DNA of 64,000 nucleotides from Lachnospiraceae bacterium (GTDB taxonomy: Bacteria > Bacillota > Clostridia > Lachnospirales > Lachnospiraceae): NCBI GenBank assembly GCA_024699325.1, contig JAILPS010000006.1:20419-84418 (forward strand), in the 5' to 3' direction. Positions 49,363-57,860 of this stretch are shown here, piece by piece. A model generated the notes under the pieces. That model had not been told where the DNA came from, ran no database searches, and saw only the letters and a list, made by a program, of their open reading frames with translations. How positions within the stretch are numbered: position 1 is the stretch's first letter; each line of letters begins with the position of its first letter. The position numbers and the translations under genes are program-made.

Positions 49363-50235
49363 ATGGAAGACAGAATTAGCGGACACACAGGCCTTATGGC
49401 TCTTATAGGCTCACCTGTAGGGCACTCAGGATCGCCTGCAATGTACAATTACAGCTTTAAGAAACTCGGACTAGACTATGTATATGTGGCACTTGATGTG
49501 AAGGAGGACGGCGTTAAGGATGCTATAAACGCTTTCAGACTGTTTAACATGAGGGGCGGCAATGTGACCATGCCGGATAAGACAGAGGCTGCTAAATACA
49601 TGGACGAATTATCTCCTGCTGCGAAGATTATCGGCGCCATCAACACGATAGTCAACGACAATGGCAAGCTCACAGGCCACATAACGGACGGCGTGGGCTT
49701 CGTAAACAATCTTAAGGATCACGGAATAGACATTAGGGGCAAGAAGATATGCGTTGCGGGCGGCGGCGGCGCTGCCACAGCCATTCAGGTGCAGTGCGCC
49801 CTCGACGGTGTCAGGGAGATAACCATATTTAACAAGAAGGACGCTTTTTTCGAGAGAACGCTCGCCACAGCCGACAAAATCAGGGCTGCGGTTCCTGGAA
49901 TTGTTGTGAATGTATATGACATAGATGACACAGCCAAGATGACCGAGGAGATTAAGGACAGCGATATATTTGTAAATGCTACTATAGTGGGCATGAAGCC
50001 AAACCTTGACAACCTAAGCGTTGTGAAGGATTTAAGCGCCTTCAGGCCGGGACTGGTGGTTGCGGACGCTGTTTACAACCCAGAGGAGACGAAGATGCTT
50101 AGAGAGGCGAAGGAGGCAGGCTGCATAACAGTAGGCGGCAAGGGCATGCTTTTGTGGCAGGGAGTTGAGGCGTTTAAGCTCTTCACAGGCGAGGACATGC
50201 CTGTTGAGGAGGTCAAGGAGAGATTCTTCTCATAG
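49363..50235 (+). CDS. aroE: Shikimate dehydrogenase
   Basis: LIGSPVGHSGSPAMYN, NVTMPDK and GGGGAATAI motifs. ATG 49363 follows GGAGG. Confidence 0.9.
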   Translation: MEDRISGHTGLMALIGSPVGHSGSPAMYNYSFKKLGLDYVYVALDVKEDGVKDAINAFRLFNMRGGNVTMPDKTEAAKYMDELSPAAKIIGAINTIVNDNGKLTGHITDGVGFVNNLKDHGIDIRGKKICVAGGGGAATAIQVQCALDGVREITIFNKKDAFFERTLATADKIRAAVPGIVVNVYDIDDTAKMTEEIKDSDIFVNATIVGMKPNLDNLSVVKDLSAFRPGLVVADAVYNPEETKMLREAKEAGCITVGGKGMLLWQGVEAFKLFTGEDMPVEEVKERFFS

Positions 50236-50264
50236 TCTGTATGAGATGTCTGAAGAGAGGTTTT

Positions 50265-50768
50265 ATGAAAAACATTTATTTAATAGGTTTTATGGGCGCC
50301 GGCAAGAGCACGGTCGCAGCGATACTTGGCAGCAGGCTTAACATGAAGGTTGTCGAGATGGACGAGAGGATAGTAAAAGAGCAGGGCATGAGCATCAACG
50401 AAATATTTGCCAGATACGGCGAGGCGCACTTCAGGGATGTGGAGAGCGAGCTGGTGGTAAATATTGGGCTTGAGGGCAACAGCGTTGTCTCCTGCGGAGG
50501 CGGCGTGGTTGTCAGAGAAGAGAACACGGGCAACATGAAGAAGAGCGGAACCATCGTTTTTCTGACTGCAACGCCTGAGACCATCTATGAGAGAGTTAAG
50601 GATTCGACCAACAGGCCCATTCTTAACGGCAACATGAACGTTGAATATATTGAGAGCCTTATGGAGAAGCGAAGAGCGCTCTATGAGGCGGCTGCGGACT
50701 ATAAGGTTAGCACGGACGCCAAGAGCGCCACAGAGATAGCCGACGAGATCGTGGCCACACTTTTCTAG
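50265..50768 (+). CDS. aroK: Shikimate kinase
   Basis: MKNIYLIGFMGAGKSTV P-loop and GGGVV motif. The track ORF starts at 50241. Confidence 0.9.
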   Translation: MKNIYLIGFMGAGKSTVAAILGSRLNMKVVEMDERIVKEQGMSINEIFARYGEAHFRDVESELVVNIGLEGNSVVSCGGGVVVREENTGNMKKSGTIVFLTATPETIYERVKDSTNRPILNGNMNVEYIESLMEKRRALYEAAADYKVSTDAKSATEIADEIVATLF

Positions 50769-50776
50769 GAGGGAAA

Positions 50777-52180
50777 ATGCTGACATACAATCTGTCCGGC
50801 GTGAAGGGACCCCTTTACGAATATATTTACAGATGTATAAGAGATGATATCGGCGAGGGAAGACTTGCGGCAGGGGAGAAGCTCCCCAGCAAGCGCACTC
50901 TCGCCTCAAACTTAGGCGTCAGCACCATAACAATTGAGAATTCTTACTTAAGACTTATGGACGAGGGCTTCATATATGCGCTTCCCAAGAAGGGCTATTA
51001 CGTGGCCGACGTCTCAGGTCTTATGCACGTAGGTAACAGCACAGAGAAGACAAACAGGGATATACGCTATCCGAACAGAGGGGATTATGTGACGGACCTG
51101 TCCTCAAACAGGATGGACTATGCGTATTTCCCTTTTTCTATTTGGGCGAAGCTTCTAAGACAGAGTATCACGCTCAATGAGGGGGAGCTTCTGACAAACT
51201 CCACATGTGCGGGGGTCAGACCCCTTCGGGAGGCGATTGCCCACCACATCGCGGCGTTTAGGGGCATCAGCGTGGACCCCGACCAGATTATAGTGGGAGC
51301 GGGAACGGAGTATCTCTACGGGCTTATCATCCAGCTTCTAGGCCGTGATAAGGTGTACTGTCTGGAGAACTTAGGCTACAGGAAGGTTTTGCAGGTCTAT
51401 GCAAGCTACGGCGTCAAAACCGTCTATGCGGACGTGGACGATAAGGGCATGAATGTGGACGGCGTGTCAGCCGATGTGCTGCATATAACTCCGACGCATC
51501 ATTTCCCCACGGGAATATCCATGCCAGCCACCAGAAGAACTGAGGTCTTAGGCTGGGCGCTTAAGAGAGAGGGAAGATATATAATAGAGGACGATTACGA
51601 CAGCGAATTTCGCGTGGACAAGAAACCTATGCCGGCTCTGTTTTCCATGGACAGCGCAGGCCGCACAATTTACATGAACACATTTTCCAAATCGCTGGCT
51701 CCGACCATAAGAATCAGCTACATGGTGCTGCCTGTTGAGCTTGCAAACATGTACTATGAGAGGCTGTCGTTTTACACCTGCACGGTGTCTAACTTCGAGC
51801 AGTACACGCTGGCCAACTTTATATCCGAGGGGTATTTTGAGAAGCATATAAACCGCATGAGGCACCTCTATGCAGATAAGAGAAAGCGTGTTTTAGAGAT
51901 TATCAGGGAAGAGTTTGACGAGAGCATGTGCAGGGTGATAGAGCGGGACCAGGGACTGCATTTCCTGCTTAAGTTTGCCATGCAAATGTCTGACAGGGAG
52001 TTTATAGAGAGACTAAGGCGCAAGAAAATCCACATGACAGCGCTCTCGGAGTGCTACATGAACGAAACTGCGAGGGATACCGGGGAATTCATACTAAACT
52101 ATTCAGGCCTTGATATAGGGGCTCTAAGGGGCGCACTTCAAAGCATCAGGGGCATACTGGAGGAGGACAATGAAAACTAA
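50777..52180 (+). CDS. MocR-family regulator (GntR-type wHTH fused to a fold-type I aminotransferase domain)
   Basis: 467 aa with the wHTH sequence LPSKRTLASNLGVSTITIENSYLRLMDEGFIYALPKKGYYV and a PLP-lysine region NTFSKSLAPTIR. Confidence 0.88.
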   Translation: MLTYNLSGVKGPLYEYIYRCIRDDIGEGRLAAGEKLPSKRTLASNLGVSTITIENSYLRLMDEGFIYALPKKGYYVADVSGLMHVGNSTEKTNRDIRYPNRGDYVTDLSSNRMDYAYFPFSIWAKLLRQSITLNEGELLTNSTCAGVRPLREAIAHHIAAFRGISVDPDQIIVGAGTEYLYGLIIQLLGRDKVYCLENLGYRKVLQVYASYGVKTVYADVDDKGMNVDGVSADVLHITPTHHFPTGISMPATRRTEVLGWALKREGRYIIEDDYDSEFRVDKKPMPALFSMDSAGRTIYMNTFSKSLAPTIRISYMVLPVELANMYYERLSFYTCTVSNFEQYTLANFISEGYFEKHINRMRHLYADKRKRVLEIIREEFDESMCRVIERDQGLHFLLKFAMQMSDREFIERLRRKKIHMTALSECYMNETARDTGEFILNYSGLDIGALRGALQSIRGILEEDNEN

Positions 52181-52949
52181 CATAAGAGTTATCCAGCCTG
52201 ACTTTTCGGGCTGTAAAAACATGGACGAGAGAAGGGAGCATGTCTACTCCCTGCTTGAGAGCCTGGCGGGGCAGAGCCTGGATCTGGTGACGCTCCCGGA
52301 GCTGTGGAGCGTGGGCTTTGGCAACTACGACGACTACGAGGACTGCGCCGAGAGGTTAAACGACAGCAAAACCCTGGACGAGCTTAAGAGATACGCGAGA
52401 GAATACAACACATACATATTTACGGGGAGCATGGTGGAGAAGCGCCACGGCAACCTGTACAACACCTCTGTCCTCCTGGACAGAAGGGGCGATATCGCCG
52501 CAAGATACAGAAAAATCCACCTGTTTGGATACGAATCCAGGGAGTCGAAGATACTCACAGCCGGCGAGGAGGCTGTTGTGGTGGAGACGGATTTTGGAAG
52601 GGTTGGAATAGCGACCTGCTATGACCTGCGCTTCCCTGAGCAGTTTCGCATAATGCTTCTTAAGGACGTGGAAATGTTTATAATAGCAGCCGACTGGCCG
52701 GCTCTGAGGGGCGAAGCCTTCAGGCTGTTTTGCAGGGCGAGAGCGCTTGAAAACCAGAGCTTTTTGGTTGCCACAAACTGCGCCGGAGGTGAGAGCGCAG
52801 GGCTCTCGTGCGTGATTAACCCTGAGGGGGAGGTTTTAGCCCAGGCAGGTGCTGCGCAGAGGATTATCCCCTGCGAGATAGATTTAAGCGATGCACAAAA
52901 ATACCGCAGGGAATTCCCTGCGGTCGTGGATATAGTTTCTGTGAAGTGA
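52170..52949 (+). CDS. Carbon-nitrogen hydrolase (nitrilase superfamily)
   Basis: 259 aa with the E-K-C triad contexts LPELW, YRKIHLF and ATCYDLRFPE. It overlaps the MocR gene by 11 nt. Confidence 0.85.
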   Translation: MKTNIRVIQPDFSGCKNMDERREHVYSLLESLAGQSLDLVTLPELWSVGFGNYDDYEDCAERLNDSKTLDELKRYAREYNTYIFTGSMVEKRHGNLYNTSVLLDRRGDIAARYRKIHLFGYESRESKILTAGEEAVVVETDFGRVGIATCYDLRFPEQFRIMLLKDVEMFIIAADWPALRGEAFRLFCRARALENQSFLVATNCAGGESAGLSCVINPEGEVLAQAGAAQRIIPCEIDLSDAQKYRREFPAVVDIVSVK

Positions 52950-53321
52950 TTAGCGGCTTAGGGCGTCGATATCTGAGGCGCTGCCCCTGGTGATCTCAAC
53001 AACCACCCTGTTTGGAAGACATATGATGGACTGGCCTGTGGCGTGGATATGTCCGGTTTTGACGCACAGCCCGTCAGGGCAGGTGGCCTCTGAAATATAG
53101 GCCTGACCGTCCTCTATGACCAGGGTGTTCGTGCCGCTTACACCTTCTATTATGTAGGTGCCGTTATCGCTTAGCTGGTACGAGGCGACAATCTTGCCGT
53201 CAACCTTAACGGTCACGGTGTCAGCCCCGGGGCGAAGAAGGCTCGCGCAAAGCATCACCGCGCCAATCACAGCCAGGACTATAATCATAATAAAATTAGG
53301 GTTTTTAATCAGCTTTTTCAT
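52950..53321 (-). CDS. NusG domain II-containing membrane-anchored protein (DUF1312-like)
   Basis: 123 aa with an N-terminal TM helix and the CPDGLCV...GQSIICLPNRVVVEI motif. Confidence 0.7.
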   Translation of the reverse strand: MKKLIKNPNFIMIIVLAVIGAVMLCASLLRPGADTVTVKVDGKIVASYQLSDNGTYIIEGVSGTNTLVIEDGQAYISEATCPDGLCVKTGHIHATGQSIICLPNRVVVEITRGSASDIDALSR

Positions 53322-53365
53322 GTGTTCATATTAGCACTAAAACATTTGGTTTTAAAGAGGTAAAC

Positions 53366-54022
53366 ATGGTTAGAACAGTACTTTTTGATTTGGACGGAAC
53401 ACTTATCGACACGGAGAAATACTACAGACGCTGCTGGCCCATGGCGCTTAAGCATTTTGGCTATGACATGAGCGATGAGCAGGCGCTGTCCATGAGGAGT
53501 CTCGGAAGGCCGTTTGCGCCTAAGCATCTTAAGGAAATGTTTGGCGAGGATATCGACTACATAAGCGTTCGCGACTACAGAAAAATCCTCATGAACGAAA
53601 TGCTTGAAAACGACGGAATAGAGCTTAAAAGCGGGGCGCTTAAGCTTCTCACATGGCTTAGGGATAACGGCTACAGGGCGGGAGTTGCCACCGCGACGGA
53701 CCTTATAAGGACAGAGAAATACCTTCGTGAGGTTGAAATATTTGACTATTTCACGGACATAATAAGCGCCACACAGGTGGCAGAGGGCAAGCCAAGCCCT
53801 GACATATATCTGTATGCCTGTGAAAAACTTGGCGTCACTCCTGGGGAAGTGATCGCCGTGGAGGATTCTCCAAACGGCGTGCTAAGCGCCTACAGGGCGG
53901 GCTGCAAGGTCGTCATGGTGCCTGACCAGACGGAGCCTGACGAGGAGCTCAAAAAACTGCTGTTTGCAAGGCTTGAAACCCTGGACGAGTTGATAACACT
54001 TCTTGCAAATCAAAATATATAA
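53366..54022 (+). CDS. HAD-family phosphatase (beta-phosphoglucomutase-like subfamily)
   Basis: 218 aa with VLFDLDGTLIDTE motif I and the EDSPNG motif. Confidence 0.85.
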   Translation: MVRTVLFDLDGTLIDTEKYYRRCWPMALKHFGYDMSDEQALSMRSLGRPFAPKHLKEMFGEDIDYISVRDYRKILMNEMLENDGIELKSGALKLLTWLRDNGYRAGVATATDLIRTEKYLREVEIFDYFTDIISATQVAEGKPSPDIYLYACEKLGVTPGEVIAVEDSPNGVLSAYRAGCKVVMVPDQTEPDEELKKLLFARLETLDELITLLANQNI

Positions 54023-54061
54023 GAGTATAATATAACGGAATATAACTTTCGTGAGGCGGAT

Positions 54062-55147
54062 ATGGAGACAATTGTCGTTAGAGAGAGTGAACTGGATGAC
54101 TATTATGAGGAGGCCGGAAGGATACTGAGAGAGGGAGGTTTAGTGGCATTCCCCACAGAGACCGTGTACGGGCTTGGCGGCAACGCTCTTGACCCGGAGG
54201 CCTCAGCTAAAATATACGCAGCCAAGGGTCGTCCAAGCGACAACCCTCTGATTGTCCATGTGGCGGATTTTGCTGATGTGGCGCCCCTTGTCAGGGAGAT
54301 TACCCCTGTGGCGGATAAGCTCATGAAGAAGTTCTGGCCGGGCCCTCTTACCATAATCATGAATAAGAGCGACATAGTGCCCACGGCGACCACAGGAGGC
54401 CTTCAGAGCGTGGCAGTCAGAATGCCCGTGCACCCCGTGGCCATGAAGCTTATCAGGTGCGCAGGAGTTCCCATAGCAGCGCCAAGCGCCAACACATCCG
54501 GAAGACCAAGCCCCACGAAGGCTGAGCACGTCATCGAGGATCTGTTTGGCAGAGTGGACATGATAATGGACGGCGGAAGCGTCGGGATAGGAGTTGAATC
54601 CACCATCGTGGACGTGACGGGTGAGGTTCCAATGATTCTTCGCCCGGGCTACATCACGAAGGAAATGCTCACCGAGGCCATAGGCGATGTGACAATCGAT
54701 AAGGCGGTCGCTAAGATTAACGAGGGTCAGCTGATCACAAGCAAGGAGCCGCCGAAGGCTCCAGGCATGAAGTATCGCCACTACGCCCCGAAGGCTCCGC
54801 TTAATCTAATCTGCGGAGACGAGGAGGAGGTCGAGGCAGAGCTTAGAAAGCTCGCCGCACAGGGCAAGAGCGACGGGCTGAGAGTTGGAATCATATGCTC
54901 TGACGGGGCAGACCTTGACGGATGCGCCGACAGAGTCTATCACATAGGAAGGCGCGGGGACACAGAGACCATCGCGCACAATATTTACGATTGCTTAAGG
55001 CAGTGCGACGCCGACAAGCTCGACGTCATATACAGTGACGATTTCGGGCTTGAGAACGACGAGGCGCTGGGGTATGCTGTGCAGAACAGAATTATGAAGG
55101 CTGCGGGGGGACATGTGCTCAACCTGAAGCAGAAGGGCGATCTATGA
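54062..55147 (+). CDS. tsaC: L-threonylcarbamoyladenylate synthase, long Sua5/YwlC type
   Basis: 361 aa with FPTETVYGLGGNA, KGRPSDNPLIVH and SANTSGRPSPT motifs plus a C-terminal Sua5 domain. Confidence 0.92.
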   Translation: METIVVRESELDDYYEEAGRILREGGLVAFPTETVYGLGGNALDPEASAKIYAAKGRPSDNPLIVHVADFADVAPLVREITPVADKLMKKFWPGPLTIIMNKSDIVPTATTGGLQSVAVRMPVHPVAMKLIRCAGVPIAAPSANTSGRPSPTKAEHVIEDLFGRVDMIMDGGSVGIGVESTIVDVTGEVPMILRPGYITKEMLTEAIGDVTIDKAVAKINEGQLITSKEPPKAPGMKYRHYAPKAPLNLICGDEEEVEAELRKLAAQGKSDGLRVGIICSDGADLDGCADRVYHIGRRGDTETIAHNIYDCLRQCDADKLDVIYSDDFGLENDEALGYAVQNRIMKAAGGHVLNLKQKGDL

Positions 55148-55626
55148 GTCATTATAAGCGGATTTTGTTTATATGTAACGACAACACTTGCAGGAGCATT
55201 ATGGCTGAGGCCATTATGAAGAGCATCGAGAACAGCATAAGCGAGGAAAACAGGCCCAGGGTGCACTCCAGGGGCCTTGTAGTGCTGTTTAGCGAGCCGA
55301 TAAACCCCAAGGCGGTCATGGTTATGAGAAAAAACCACCTAGAGCCCGCCAAGGAGACAAGCCAGCAGTTTACGGACGCTGACTGCAAGGAGGGAACGCT
55401 GTATCTCACCATGACCGAGAGGGAGAAGAGAATGGTTGAGGAGATGGTTCCGCATCTGTCAAACCTCTACACCCTGAGGGAGTTCGTGGGCGAGGTGGGG
55501 GACATCAACGAGCCCTACGGCGGAACCGAGGAAGACTATGAGATGGTATATGAGCACATCGACCTGATGGTCAAGATGGTTGCTCAGAAAATTATAAGAT
55601 TTGGGGAACAGAAGGAGGATGTGTAA
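55144..55626 (+). CDS. Low-molecular-weight protein phosphatase (YwlE-like arginine/tyrosine phosphatase)
   Basis: 160 aa with the CX5R(S) P-loop ICNDNTCRS. The position after tsaC matches ywlC-ywlE synteny. Confidence 0.85.
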   Translation: MSHYKRILFICNDNTCRSIMAEAIMKSIENSISEENRPRVHSRGLVVLFSEPINPKAVMVMRKNHLEPAKETSQQFTDADCKEGTLYLTMTEREKRMVEEMVPHLSNLYTLREFVGEVGDINEPYGGTEEDYEMVYEHIDLMVKMVAQKIIRFGEQKEDV

Positions 55627-56066
55627 TGATAGCGATAGGAAGTGACCACGGCGGATTCGCACTTAAGGAGGTTGTGGCGAAGCATTTGAAGGAGTTGGGA
55701 CTTGACTATGTGGACTGCGGCTGCTACGACATTTCAAGCGTGGATTATCCTGTGTACGCACAGGCGGTTGCAAGAGAGATACAGTCAGGCAAATGTGACA
55801 GAGGAATACTGGTGTGCAGCACGGGAATAGGAATCTCCATGGCTGCCAACAAGTGCACAGGCATAAGAGCTGCTCTTTGCTCAGAGCCATACAGTGCCAA
55901 GATGACCAGACTTCACAACGATGCCAATGTTTTGTGCATGGGCGGACTGGTTGTGGGGGACAACTTAGCGCTCGAGATAGTTGACACATTTTTAAACACA
56001 GAGTTTTCAGGCGAGGCCAGACATCAGAGAAGAATTGATCTGATCGAGTCAGGCAAGCTTGTGTAA
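55626..56066 (+). CDS. rpiB: Ribose-5-phosphate isomerase B
   Basis: 146 aa with IAIGSDHGG and the CSTGIGISMAANK motif. Confidence 0.93.
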   Translation: MIAIGSDHGGFALKEVVAKHLKELGLDYVDCGCYDISSVDYPVYAQAVAREIQSGKCDRGILVCSTGIGISMAANKCTGIRAALCSEPYSAKMTRLHNDANVLCMGGLVVGDNLALEIVDTFLNTEFSGEARHQRRIDLIESGKLV

Positions 56067-56089
56067 GATGTTTTATGGGGGATAAAACT

Positions 56090-56278
56090 ATGAGCAGGGG
56101 TACAGGATTTGGAATACTTGGCGTGATAGTTTTGATTATCATGCTGGCGCTGGGGTCATGCGGCGTTAACACCGACAGGGGAATAGACAGGACAGGTGCA
56201 GGCGACTATGTTGACTACTACGGCTGCCCGAACTCCAGGAGAGTCAAGAAGCTCAACCTGGCAAAAAAGAAGAGATAA
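56090..56278 (+). CDS. Small lipobox peptide A (62 aa), candidate precursor/substrate of the adjacent radical SAM enzyme
   Basis: The track ORF starts at 56075. ATG 56090 follows GGGGGAT. The sequence is MSRGTGFGILGVIVLIIMLALGSCGVNTDRGIDRTGAGDYVDYYGCPNSRRVKKLNLAKKKR. It has a signal peptide with an LGSC lipobox and a C-terminal module shared with peptide B. Confidence 0.65.
   Translation: MSRGTGFGILGVIVLIIMLALGSCGVNTDRGIDRTGAGDYVDYYGCPNSRRVKKLNLAKKKR
56215..56278 (+). repeat. Direct repeat copy 1 (3' end of peptide A gene)
   Basis: It shares an identical 21-mer, CTACTACGGCTGCCCGAACTC, with 57974-57994. The remainder is about 75 percent identical. Confidence 0.8.
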
Positions 56279-56281
56279 TCT

Positions 56282-57859
56282 ATGGTTAGAGAAGTGACAC
56301 CAGATCTTAGAATTCTGCTCGTGGAGGTCACGCAGAAGTGCAATGCATCCTGCGACCACTGCGGAAGCAGATGTGATATCCATAGCGCGGAGGTTTTGAC
56401 AGCCGAGGATATTTTGGGAGTTTTTCGAGATGTCAGGGACAATATAGGGACCGATGTCATGATTAATATCACAGGCGGCGAGCCCCTTATGAGGCGTGAC
56501 CTGTTTGATATTATGGGCCAGGCCCACGACATGGGATTTGACTGGGGGATGGTCACCAACGGCTCCATGATTGACGACAACATCATAGAGAAGATGCGTA
56601 GTGCCGGCATGAGGACCATAACGATTAGTCTTGACGGTCTGGCGCACACACACGAGACCATCAGACATCTTCCGGGGTCTTTTGAGCGCATTATGAAGTC
56701 CCTTAAGAAGCTTAAGGATGCGGCGTTTTTAGACTGTGTGCAGGTGACATTTACATCAAACAGGAAGAATTACAGGGAGTTTCCTAAGCTCTACGAGAGG
56801 CTTGAGCAGATCGGAATAGATTCTGTGAGGACCAGCATCATAGACCCTATCGGAAGGGCTTGCGATCACAGTGAGCTACTCATGGGGCGCGAGGAGATAC
56901 GCTTCATGATGGATTTCGCCAACCGTGTGAACGCGGCTGGAAGGATGCCTGTCATCTGGGGCTGTCCGCATTTTCTGGGAGATAAGCTTGAAAACAGGCA
57001 CTTCTTCTGCTTTGCGGGGATATATGCGGCGAGCATTCTCTATAACGGAGACATATTTGTGTGTCCGAATGTCCCCAGAAGACCTGAGCTTATTCAGGGC
57101 AATATTAAGACCGAGCGCTTCAGCGAGGTCTGGAAAAACGGCTATGATTACTTTAGACACAGAGTGCTTCCCGAGAAATGTGAGACTTGTAAATACCGCG
57201 ACGACTGCGCGGGCGACAGCCTCCACACATTTGACTTTGACAGGAAAGCGCCAAACTTCTGCTATAAGGAAATATTTGACGTGAATATAGGAAAATACGA
57301 AAACTGGCTCAAAAAACACTACGGAAGTGTTGAGATAACAGAGATTTCGCCGGATGAGCCGGCGCCAGCCATCTACATAGAGCCTGGCGCCTATGAGGAG
57401 ATTAAGTCATACTTTCACATGGGGGTCAGACATCCCCTGAGCATGTTTGAGCAGCAGATGGGGCTTGTTGGATTTAAGGTTGACGGCGACTACATAGTCC
57501 GCTATGCATTTCCATCTGTGATTGAGGCGAAGGCGGCGGACCTTGCGGTGTTTACGCCTGGGACGCTATCGCACGCGAGGAAGCAGACGGCCATCATTAA
57601 GCGCAATGTCATGCACTCTGACTGGGCCGACATGCCTGGCAATGACAGGCTTCGCTTTTTGGGCTTCATACATTCACATCCCATGCAGGAGGAGTTGTGC
57701 TACAGCGTGGGAGACGAGATAATTCACAAAAGTCTGTATAAGAAGTTTGGGGATTATATAGGACTGTTAGTTAATCCTGAACACGATTTGATTGGCGCCT
57801 ATGTGGGCGGCGATGACATCGTTCAGGGAAATCTCAAGATTGTAAATGTGGGGGATTAA
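56282..57859 (+). CDS. Radical SAM / SPASM-like enzyme with a C-terminal JAMM/MPN-like domain
   Basis: 525 aa. The radical SAM motif is CNASCDHC (C20, C24, C27). The auxiliary-cluster Cys pattern is CX12GX4C (CFAGIYAASILYNGDIFVC) followed by CETCKYRDDC (CX2CX5C). The C-terminal ~165 aa carry FIHSHPMQEELCYSVGDE (HxH-x8-S-xx-D) and an upstream EPGAYEE Glu. Confidence 0.8.
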   Translation: MVREVTPDLRILLVEVTQKCNASCDHCGSRCDIHSAEVLTAEDILGVFRDVRDNIGTDVMINITGGEPLMRRDLFDIMGQAHDMGFDWGMVTNGSMIDDNIIEKMRSAGMRTITISLDGLAHTHETIRHLPGSFERIMKSLKKLKDAAFLDCVQVTFTSNRKNYREFPKLYERLEQIGIDSVRTSIIDPIGRACDHSELLMGREEIRFMMDFANRVNAAGRMPVIWGCPHFLGDKLENRHFFCFAGIYAASILYNGDIFVCPNVPRRPELIQGNIKTERFSEVWKNGYDYFRHRVLPEKCETCKYRDDCAGDSLHTFDFDRKAPNFCYKEIFDVNIGKYENWLKKHYGSVEITEISPDEPAPAIYIEPGAYEEIKSYFHMGVRHPLSMFEQQMGLVGFKVDGDYIVRYAFPSVIEAKAADLAVFTPGTLSHARKQTAIIKRNVMHSDWADMPGNDRLRFLGFIHSHPMQEELCYSVGDEIIHKSLYKKFGDYIGLLVNPEHDLIGAYVGGDDIVQGNLKIVNVGD

Positions 57860-57860
57860 T

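Noticed and set aside
53318-53527. 69-aa minus-strand ORF overlapping the start of the HAD phosphatase gene.
   Set aside because: It overlaps the well-supported plus-strand HAD gene (DLDGT motif) and the divergent promoter region. It has no RBS or motif.
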